Origin: Pseudobdellovibrionaceae bacterium
GTDB taxonomy: Bacteria > Bdellovibrionota > Bdellovibrionia > Bdellovibrionales > Bdellovibrionaceae
NCBI GenBank assembly: GCA_041288045.1
Contig: JBGGMM010000068.1
Location: 1 to 53,941 of the forward strand
Reading direction: 5' to 3'
DNA: 53,941 nt
Shown: in pieces, positions 27,272 to 36,969 of the stretch
Layout: each line of letters opens with the position of its first letter
How positions within the stretch are numbered: position 1 is the stretch's first letter
Made by a program: the position numbers and the translations under genes
The notes under the pieces: model-generated
Databases searched by the model: none
What the model saw: only the letters and a program-made list of their open reading frames with translations
Told to the model about the DNA's origin: nothing

Positions 27272-28000
27272 ATGAAATCCAGAATTTTCACACCCATCCT
27301 GATGGTCCTTGTCGCCTCAGGGTCTCTCACGGCCTTTGCCCAATCGGCAGATTTCCGATTGGCCCCGACGATGTTGGATTCCCAAGGGCGAGACTCCGCG
27401 GTTCCTCATTTAACATTCCTGTGCGCTTCAAATGCCAATCAGCTTTTCGACAGTGAGCTGGCTGAAAAAAAGATTTTAAAAGAAAATCAGCTGATGAAAT
27501 CACAATTGCTGAGAAAAGAATTTGATTCGCTTTACACAAAGATCGACCGAGCCGAAACCGAAAACGTGAAACTTCATGCCGGACCCTTGGCGATTCCCTA
27601 TCACGCTCTGAAAAGCATGGGTGACAAAGATCGTGAAAAGACCTCTGATTTGTTATTGAAAATTCAAGAACGAATCCATCCCTCCCACAAGCACCTGATT
27701 CGCAATGATTTGAATGGGATTCTGATGGATTGTTTTGAGTCTGAGGCCGTCTGGACTGCTTTGGAGCAGGAAAGACAGCTGATTTTGGAGAAAAAACTAG
27801 CTCCGCGATTGCGCAACCAGGCAGATTCGTTGAATACTTGGAGCAGCCGGGAAATGGCTCGGGAGCTTTTCGCGATTTCAACTTGGCAGCAAGATGTTCG
27901 CGAGCTTCAAGTTCAGGAACTGAGAATGGAAGTGATCCGCAGGTCCAATGCAACTTCTTCGTCGACTTCGCAACAAACTAAGGTTCAAGCGGCTCAATAG
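27272..28000 (+). CDS. Secreted alpha-helical hypothetical protein
   Basis: AGGAG SD, signal peptide to AFA-Q, Ser-rich tail ending QAAQ. Confidence 0.75.
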   Translation: MKSRIFTPILMVLVASGSLTAFAQSADFRLAPTMLDSQGRDSAVPHLTFLCASNANQLFDSELAEKKILKENQLMKSQLLRKEFDSLYTKIDRAETENVKLHAGPLAIPYHALKSMGDKDREKTSDLLLKIQERIHPSHKHLIRNDLNGILMDCFESEAVWTALEQERQLILEKKLAPRLRNQADSLNTWSSREMARELFAISTWQQDVRELQVQELRMEVIRRSNATSSSTSQQTKVQAAQ

Positions 28001-28002
28001 CT

Positions 28003-28458
28003 CTATTGCAAAGAGCATTTCATCATGCGACGGACGTTGACCGCTTCGTCGATGGCTAAATCCCAGAAATTTTGGATTCGCAATTGGCCTAAGCCTTTGC
28101 CGTTGGTGGAGGCTTCGACCGAGCCTTCGTAGAGGGCTTCGATTTGCACTGGGTGGCCTTCGAAATCGCTTTGGGCTGAGTGGAATTGCATGCCGTTGAT
28201 GCTGCCATCAAAGCGTTGGGTGCCTGTGGCTTCGGTGTAGAGCACTCGGGCTTCGCCTTTATTTACGAAAAGTTTCAAAGTTTTCTTTGTCAGATTCAGT
28301 TCATATTCGAAATCGTAGCGATTCACTTCGCTGGGGTCAGAGACCACATAGGTGTCAGATGAAACGCAGTGGATGATCTTGCTTTTTGCCAGGGCCGGAA
28401 ATGAGAAACTCAAGGCAGTTAAAATCAGGGTCAGGCTGGAGGCAGTGGTGATTTTCAT
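28003..28458 (-). CDS. Secreted hypothetical protein
   Basis: AAGGA SD, signal peptide to ALA-K, Cys near both termini. Confidence 0.7.
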   Translation of the reverse strand: MKITTASSLTLILTALSFSFPALAKSKIIHCVSSDTYVVSDPSEVNRYDFEYELNLTKKTLKLFVNKGEARVLYTEATGTQRFDGSINGMQFHSAQSDFEGHPVQIEALYEGSVEASTNGKGLGQLRIQNFWDLAIDEAVNVRRMMKCSLQ

Positions 28459-28561
28459 TGATCATCCTTTCAAAGATGAGCTGGGCTCGTCTGAAGGTAT
28501 ATTCAATCTTGGATCAAATGAAAAGCCGGGTCTGAAAAAAAGACAGTTTGAAAGGCAAATC

Positions 28562-29353
28562 TTAAAACCCCAGGACAGATTCCAGCCATTTGTGATGCTG
28601 GGCGAGATTCACTTCAAAATACTCATAGCGAGAATCCTCGCAAGGGGCCACTTTTTTAGCCAGGGCATGGCGGCTGGAAAGAAGGCCCACAATTCGTGTC
28701 CCTTCTGTGCTTTCAAGCAAGAGAGGGCCGCCGCTGTCACCTAGGCAAAGCGCCTGGTTGGGGTTTGCAGAAGTGGCTCGCAGGGGTGAGTCTGTGAAAG
28801 ACGCCACTTTGAGAGGGACGGACCTGCGAAAGTCTGATTCATCGCCGTCATCGTTGGTGGCGCCAAGGCCTAAGCTCAACAAAGTGCCTTCGCTGGGAAG
28901 GCTTGCTATGAAAAAATCTTGGCTTTGAGTGATTCCCTGAAGGTTTTGGTAGCTTTGAAGCCCTTGGATTTTTTCCAGGGCGCCTTCTGCAAGTTCGATC
29001 AAAACCACATCGAATTGGGCCATGGCAAAGGGCATTCCGCCATCTTCCACAGTTTTCAGGTCAAAGCCTGGGTGAAAATGCAGCTTCCGAAAGCGCAGGG
29101 AGGCTTTCGCCCCGTTGCTGCCATTCCAAGAGGTGAGTTTCTTTTCCGAAGTGTCAAATCCAGTAAAACAGTGAGCGGCAGTAGCAACAAAACGATCGGT
29201 CAAAGCAAAAGCCGAGCAGGAAATCCCAGCTTGGATTTTAAAAATGAAATTGTATTTGGATTCCGATCGGAGGTCGCCATTCCAATTCGCCCGCGCCATT
29301 CCATTCGCAAAAACCAAAACAAATGAGAGCAAATATCCAAGCTGCTTTGCCAT
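28562..29353 (-). CDS. Secreted trypsin-like (S1) serine protease
   Basis: TAAHC, FDVVLIEL, CLGDSGGPL, GGAGG SD, signal peptide. Confidence 0.92.
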   Translation of the reverse strand: MAKQLGYLLSFVLVFANGMARANWNGDLRSESKYNFIFKIQAGISCSAFALTDRFVATAAHCFTGFDTSEKKLTSWNGSNGAKASLRFRKLHFHPGFDLKTVEDGGMPFAMAQFDVVLIELAEGALEKIQGLQSYQNLQGITQSQDFFIASLPSEGTLLSLGLGATNDDGDESDFRRSVPLKVASFTDSPLRATSANPNQALCLGDSGGPLLLESTEGTRIVGLLSSRHALAKKVAPCEDSRYEYFEVNLAQHHKWLESVLGF

Positions 29354-29508
29354 TGAGATCCTCCACAGAGAGATTCTTTTTACCAGAAATAGCGAGGTCC
29401 CGAAAGGTGTTATGATTTTAACAGGCCGTCAGAAACCCAACAACTGTTGCCCATTTTGCGCTCTTTGAAGAGCCGCATTTCCCGGTCGGTGATAAAATCG
29501 ATTTGAAC

Positions 29509-29524
29509 GGGTACAAGCTTTGAA
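29509..29524 (+). promoter_or_regulatory. sigma54-like promoter of the Fic operon
   Basis: GGGTACAAGCTTTGAA (GG..AC-N5-TTGA), 32 bp upstream of ATG 29557. Confidence 0.35.
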
Positions 29525-29556
29525 ATGAACTTCTTCGTCATTCGAAGGAGTTTGAT

Positions 29557-30198
29557 ATGAAAAAAATTGTGATGTTCGTAGGCGCCCTCTGTTCTTTGGT
29601 TTCCTTTTCCGCCAATGCAAAAGACGTGAGTCTGAGCGAAGCTCGGGCCATCTTTCAGGAATGGGCAAAGGGCAATCAAAAAGACTTTGGCCCCAACTGC
29701 AAATACGTCAACTGGATTGCTCAAGAATCAGTGAAGCAAAATCCTCGACTAAAGAATTTGTCAGCTCAGGAAAAGCAGGCTTGTGTGGCGCTGGTGAAAT
29801 CCACCACAGGAGCTTACTGCCGATACCAATTGAAAGTCGTTGAAAGCGCTTTGACCTCCCTCAGTCAGGAAAATGTCAAAGATGTGTCTTCTCGTTTGGA
29901 ATCCGCTTCGCCAGAATTTATCGGTCGGGGACTGTTGATGAGTTTACGACGTGATTTCCAACGAAGCGAAATCTTCTCCACCAGTGCCATTCAAGAAGCT
30001 GTGAAATCATCCAGCTGTGAAGCTCTGAAAGGAAATGTTGAAAAACTGCAAGCCCGAATGGAAGAAGAGAATTCTCAAATTCGTAAGGCCATGGAAGAAG
30101 ACAGTTTGATTGCAGTTGAAACTCTTGAATCTAAAGTTTCAAGTTCATCTTCAACAGCGACTTCATCTTCAAGCACGGCTTCTGATGGCGCCCAGTAA
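29557..30198 (+). CDS. Secreted helical hypothetical protein, first gene of the Fic operon
   Basis: AAGGAG SD, signal peptide to ANA-K, four Cys in the mature part, Ser-rich tail ending DGAQ. Stop overlaps the next ATG (TAATG). Confidence 0.8.
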   Translation: MKKIVMFVGALCSLVSFSANAKDVSLSEARAIFQEWAKGNQKDFGPNCKYVNWIAQESVKQNPRLKNLSAQEKQACVALVKSTTGAYCRYQLKVVESALTSLSQENVKDVSSRLESASPEFIGRGLLMSLRRDFQRSEIFSTSAIQEAVKSSSCEALKGNVEKLQARMEEENSQIRKAMEEDSLIAVETLESKVSSSSSTATSSSSTASDGAQ

Positions 30199-31937
30199 TG
30201 ATCCGATCTGGCCTGCTTCTTAGTCTTTTGTTTTTCACTGTCAGCCTGGCTGAAGCTCAGCCGGGCCTGTTGTGCAGGCAAATTCACCAAAAGTCTGCAA
30301 CCCCAAGCGACTTCATTTTAGATCCCCAAAAATTAGAGAAAGAGGGCTTTCGAATCACCAAAGAAGGCTCTCTTTTCGACACTCGACAAAATATCATTTT
30401 AGGCTACGTCAGCAAACGAGACTTCCCTTACCTTTACGAATGGGCCGATTTGGAATTTCAAAAGCTCTGGGTGCAAAATGGTGGGCTTTCCAAAGAAGAT
30501 ATGGACCAATACATCCGGGATGAAGCCCAAGCTTATGGCCGTGGGTATTATGTCTCGACTCATCCCACGGACAGCATTGACTATGGGAATGCTGTCACAG
30601 TGTTTAAGCCGGCAGGGACGATGACTGTTCTGGGATTTACTTCGATTCTCAATTCTTTGGGAACTGTCTTTTTCCAGCGTCTCCAGCGAGTAGGAGTCGA
30701 TGCGATTCAAGGGACTAACACCTGGTTTTCAATTATTAATGACAAGCATTTAAAAGTGGCGCAAGGGGAGATTCAAGATCCACAACTGGCCGCCGTGCAG
30801 TCGCCCAAAGCCATCGGTCGCTTTCTTATTTCAGGATTGATAACCCAGCTCCCCAAGGACCATCCCCTTCGCCAGATGACTGCTCAACTGACAGAAGAGG
30901 GAGTTCAAAAAGCACTCAATCACGATGACCCCAGTGAAATTCAAAAGCTGACCCAATTTGAAGATTGGATTCAAAGACCAGAAATTCAAAAATATTTCAA
31001 TCCAACGCTTGGATTTTCCCTGCATTCGATTTTTTCCTATTTTGACATTGTCACGACCTTGCAGGTTTTGAAAAAAGGCCCAGCCGAAGTCAAGGACTTG
31101 AAAGCCATTTCAGATTCGACTCGAAAACTGGTGAGCAACCGAAAGAAAATCAATTTGAACAAGGTCAAAGACTTTCGAGATTTTGCCCAATTGGCTGACA
31201 TCTACACAGGGCAAAAAACGAGTCTTCGCGGTCGCGCTTTGAAGGTGTCAACCCAAGGGATTGCAGATCTGCCAGGTCATTTTTATGAACTTTTTCTTCA
31301 GCTCCAACGAAACCAACTCGTGAGTATGAATCGCAATGGCTCGCCCGGGCGGGTTCAAATTGAATTATTGAATTTGCAAAAGATCTATCAATTTTATATT
31401 GGTTTTCTTTCGCCGGGTTTGCGTCAAAGGTTGGAGCAATTGGCTCAGCAGCAAGACCTCTCCCATTCAGATCTTTACCGCTTGAAAGAAGCGCAAGTGC
31501 TTTTGCAAGAGTCCTTGGCAGAGATTACAAACCTTCTTTTTACTGGAACTCCAGAGCAGCTCCGAAGTTTCCTGACCCGAGCATTCTCGTTGAACATCAA
31601 TGTTGAAGATATCAATCCCTACCTTTTGTACAGAGCCTTTATGTCCATTCAGCCCTTCGCAAATGACAATGGTCCCATGGGGCAACTGTATTTTGAGTGG
31701 TTGCAGCGAAAATCCAAAAATTCAAACTCAGTGATTGAATTGGCTGATTTCAATATATTTCTTTTCATGAATTCAGCAGAACTAGAAAAATTGCATATGG
31801 CCACCCGGATCTTCAACGCCTGGATCTCAAGAGCAAAAAATCAAGCCGAACTTTTAGATCGCTTGGAAAAGGCCAAAGCCCAATTGTCACAACAGTTCCC
31901 CAGTCTGAGGGATTACTGGAAAGTACAGGGTGATTAG
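30198..31937 (+). CDS. Secreted ART-like + degenerate Fic-domain protein (pseudo-Fic paralog)
   Basis: Signal peptide, YGRGYYVSTHPTDS..YG. Fic position reads QPFANDNGPMGQ (His and both Arg lost). Full-length paralog of the next gene. Confidence 0.75.
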   Translation: MIRSGLLLSLLFFTVSLAEAQPGLLCRQIHQKSATPSDFILDPQKLEKEGFRITKEGSLFDTRQNIILGYVSKRDFPYLYEWADLEFQKLWVQNGGLSKEDMDQYIRDEAQAYGRGYYVSTHPTDSIDYGNAVTVFKPAGTMTVLGFTSILNSLGTVFFQRLQRVGVDAIQGTNTWFSIINDKHLKVAQGEIQDPQLAAVQSPKAIGRFLISGLITQLPKDHPLRQMTAQLTEEGVQKALNHDDPSEIQKLTQFEDWIQRPEIQKYFNPTLGFSLHSIFSYFDIVTTLQVLKKGPAEVKDLKAISDSTRKLVSNRKKINLNKVKDFRDFAQLADIYTGQKTSLRGRALKVSTQGIADLPGHFYELFLQLQRNQLVSMNRNGSPGRVQIELLNLQKIYQFYIGFLSPGLRQRLEQLAQQQDLSHSDLYRLKEAQVLLQESLAEITNLLFTGTPEQLRSFLTRAFSLNINVEDINPYLLYRAFMSIQPFANDNGPMGQLYFEWLQRKSKNSNSVIELADFNIFLFMNSAELEKLHMATRIFNAWISRAKNQAELLDRLEKAKAQLSQQFPSLRDYWKVQGD

Positions 31938-33689
31938 GTGACTCGATCTTGGCTGCTTCTCAGTCTTGTGTCGTTGGCTGTCAGCCTGTCTGAAGCTCAG
32001 TCGGCTTCGCTCTGCCGTCAGGTTCATCAGAAAGCCACAGCGAAAAGCAGCGGCGCACTTTTGGATGCAAAAAAATTGGCGCAAGAGGGATTTCTTATCA
32101 CCGATGGGGGAGATCTCTATGATACTCGGCTGAACCGAAAAATGGGCTCTATCCGCAGACTGAATGTTCCCAATCTCTATGAATGGGCACAGCCGCCCCT
32201 CCAAAAAATTTGGGTTCAAAACGGAGGTCTTTCGAAAACGGATTTAGATGCTTATATCGACGGCAAGGGGCAAAATTTTGGGCGCGGATATTATGTCTCG
32301 ACCCATCCGACAGACAGTATGAGCTATGGCGATGCCGTGACCATATTTAAACCTTCGGGTCCTATGACTGCTCTGGTCTACACTCAAGATCTCTATAAGG
32401 CCGACGCCATTTTTTACCGACGTCTTCAACGAGCCGGCCTAGATGCCATTCTCATTGGTGAAACTTGGCTTGCGGTGATCAACTCTCGACATTTGAAAGT
32501 CGAGAGGGGTGAGATCCAGGATCCTCAACTGAATGATTTAAATTCTCTGGGATTTATCGTGCGTTTGCAGAAATCAGGATTTGCAGAGCACCTCTCTGCA
32601 GGCAATCCAAATCGCCTGCTCGCCGAGCAAATGACAGGAGAGGGGCTCAAGCAGGCCTTAGCCAGTGAGGATCCCACGTTCCTACAAAAAATTTCAGAAG
32701 TCGATAGCTGGATCGATAAGCCCCAGGTTCAAAAAATTTTCAGTCCAACCGAAGAGTTCTCTTTGCGTTCCATTTTTCCCTACTTTGATATCGCCACGAC
32801 TTTGCAAGTTTTGAAAAAGGGAACCCCTGAGCTCAAGAATCTGAAATCCGTTTCAGACTTCACTCAGTTGATGATGAAGAATCGCGCCAAAATTGATTTG
32901 CACAAAGTGAGAAATTTTAAAGAATTTGCCAAATTGGCTGTGGATTACACCGGACAAAAAAGTGAAATTCGTGATTATGCTGTGATGATGTCTTCTGTTA
33001 CCGCCAAAGGAGATAATGGGATCGCGAATCCTCCCGACAAGTTTTATAAAAACATCAGAAGAAACATTCTTTTATCGATCACCCCTAGCTCGCCGGGTCG
33101 AATCCATGTCGAGTATCTCAGTCTGCCGAAAATTCAAAAGAACTTTTCGCAGTTTCTTTCAACGTCTCTGCAAAAAAGACTTTCAAAGTTGGCAGAAGAT
33201 TATGATCTCGAGCACCCAGGGCTTTACCGTTTAAAAGAAGCTCAAATTCTTTTGCAAGAATCCTTAACCGAATTGACCGACATTCTCTTCACAGGCACTC
33301 CAGAACAACAGGCGACCTTTCTTGGAAGAGCTCTGGCCATCCCGGCTTCTCCTCAGTTCTTCACTCCCTACCATTACTACCAAGCCTTTATGGCCATTCA
33401 TCCACTGACAGACGCCAACGGCCGCATGGGACGCCTGTTCTTTGAATGGCTCCATCGCAATTCGAAAGGTCCACTTTCAGTTTTAGAGCTCGCTGACTTC
33501 GATATGGATGTGTTCATGCCAGCGGAGAATTTGAAGCAACTTCACATCACCACCCGAGTTCTGAATACTTGGATCGCAAGATCCCAAGACCAAAAAGAGC
33601 TTCAGGCTCGCTTGGAGCAATCAAAAGCGTACCTCGCAAATCGGTTCATAGAGATGGGTCAATACTGGAAAGCTGAAGGCTACAAATGA
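31938..33689 (+). CDS. Secreted ART-like + Fic-domain protein
   Basis: GTG start abutting the previous TAG, signal peptide, FGRGYYVSTHPTDS..YG, Fic motif HPLTDANGRMGR. Confidence 0.8.
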   Translation: MTRSWLLLSLVSLAVSLSEAQSASLCRQVHQKATAKSSGALLDAKKLAQEGFLITDGGDLYDTRLNRKMGSIRRLNVPNLYEWAQPPLQKIWVQNGGLSKTDLDAYIDGKGQNFGRGYYVSTHPTDSMSYGDAVTIFKPSGPMTALVYTQDLYKADAIFYRRLQRAGLDAILIGETWLAVINSRHLKVERGEIQDPQLNDLNSLGFIVRLQKSGFAEHLSAGNPNRLLAEQMTGEGLKQALASEDPTFLQKISEVDSWIDKPQVQKIFSPTEEFSLRSIFPYFDIATTLQVLKKGTPELKNLKSVSDFTQLMMKNRAKIDLHKVRNFKEFAKLAVDYTGQKSEIRDYAVMMSSVTAKGDNGIANPPDKFYKNIRRNILLSITPSSPGRIHVEYLSLPKIQKNFSQFLSTSLQKRLSKLAEDYDLEHPGLYRLKEAQILLQESLTELTDILFTGTPEQQATFLGRALAIPASPQFFTPYHYYQAFMAIHPLTDANGRMGRLFFEWLHRNSKGPLSVLELADFDMDVFMPAENLKQLHITTRVLNTWIARSQDQKELQARLEQSKAYLANRFIEMGQYWKAEGYK

Positions 33690-33696
33690 TAAGTGT

Positions 33697-33781
33697 TGGT
33701 GCGCCCGCGCGGACTTGAACCGCGACGTCTCTCGACATATGCCCCTCAAACATACGTGTCTACCAATTCCACCACGAGCGC
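33697..33781 (-). tRNA. tRNA-Leu(GAG)
   Basis: Reverse complement GCGCTCGTGGTGGAATTGGTAGACACGTATGTTTGAGGGGCATATG…GGTTCAAGTCCGCGCGGGCGCACCA. Long variable arm, GAG anticodon, CCA. Confidence 0.97.
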
Positions 33782-34148
33782 ATCGGAAAAGAATCACGAG
33801 GGAATATTGGTTAAATCATCAATCAAGAGTTCTTGTCAAATCTTCGGCCCAAAGACGCTTAAAACTTGCGCATTTGTCAGGGGTCAAAGGCCTTGGTCTA
33901 GAAAATCAAAAAGGCCGCCAAAAAAGAATTTATACTGTCCGTAAACAACGTAAAAACATGTTTTATTTCAATTAGTTGCCGTGGCGGATTGAAAAATAAG
34001 ATTCGATGCTTCATACCTAACCTATCTCAAGCATTCAGTTGTCTTAAGAACAAGAGCACGGATGCTCACGGAGGGGGCACGGGGGAGTCTAGGACGGGTT
34101 ATCCCTCATGTCTCAATGGATGTTCAAAGCCTATCGAAAGGAGTCGAA

Positions 34149-34262
34149 ATGGCGGCAGAATTAACAGCAGTTTTTTGGTTTGTCGGAGCTTACTCAGTGG
34201 TTGTTTTGACATCGGTCTACACTCTCGTGACAGATCGACGAAAGAGGCGATTCATTCAGTAA
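34149..34262 (+). CDS. 37-aa single-TM small protein with basic tail
   Basis: AAAGGAG SD 5 nt before ATG, MAAELTAVFWFVGAYSVVVLTSVYTLVTDRRKRRFIQ, followed by an intrinsic terminator. Confidence 0.6.
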   Translation: MAAELTAVFWFVGAYSVVVLTSVYTLVTDRRKRRFIQ

Positions 34263-34347
34263 GTTTCGTGGTTCCTCCTTATAAAATAAAGTGGTTGTTT
34301 TTTAAAGGCTGGGATGAGGGTTTGGTGGTTCCCCTCGCTTGGCCTTC

Positions 34348-34374
34348 GCGGAGCGAAAGCTCCGCTTTTTTTTT
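34348..34374 (+). terminator. Rho-independent terminator
   Basis: GCGGAGC-GAAA-GCTCCGC followed by T9. Confidence 0.85.
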
Positions 34375-34401
34375 GTCCACAAGCATGCTAACCCCAATCT
34401 C

Positions 34402-36542
<2,141 letters not shown>

Positions 36543-36657
36543 GATTCTGAAAGGCCTTGCGAGGCCCTGCAGCAAGTCCTTTAAAGAATTGATTCTTCTT
36601 CAGAAAAAGAGTCAAATTCTTCTCTTGAAGTGACCACAATTCGAGGGAGGATTCTTC

Positions 36658-36957
36658 ATGCAAGCGGCACAGCCAACGATGCTTGAGATGTTCATGCCAT
36701 TTATCATTGTTTTCGGAATCATGTACTTTCTCATGATCCGTCCGCAGGGCAAACGTCAAAAGCTCCAAGATCAATTTCTCAAAAATCTCAAACGCGGAGA
36801 CCAAGTCCTGACGAGCTCAGGAATTTTGGCGACTGTGGATGGATTGACAGAGCAATTTGTCATTCTCGAAATCTCTGAGGGAGTGAAAGTCCGCATGCTG
36901 AAAAAGCAAGTGGCTGGTCCCGCTTCGGCCGCAACTCAAGATGTGAAAAAGGGATAG
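36658..36957 (+). CDS. yajC: Preprotein translocase subunit YajC
   Basis: YFLMIRPQ.K, LKRGDQVLT.SGI, position between tgt and secD. Confidence 0.95.
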   Translation: MQAAQPTMLEMFMPFIIVFGIMYFLMIRPQGKRQKLQDQFLKNLKRGDQVLTSSGILATVDGLTEQFVILEISEGVKVRMLKKQVAGPASAATQDVKKG

Positions 36958-36969
36958 GGGATAGCAGAA

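Noticed and set aside
4900..33781. Integrative elements or prophage at tRNA-Cys or tRNA-Leu
   Set aside because: Accessory genes lie off both tRNA 3' ends, but I found no integrase, phage genes or duplicated tRNA 3' end (att) in the window.
34263..34300. preQ1-I riboswitch upstream of queA (CGTGGTTC…ATAAAATAAA)
   Set aside because: Superficial resemblance only. There is no complementary 3' P1 strand (CCACG) and no room for the loop. An Infernal search with the preQ1 models would settle it.
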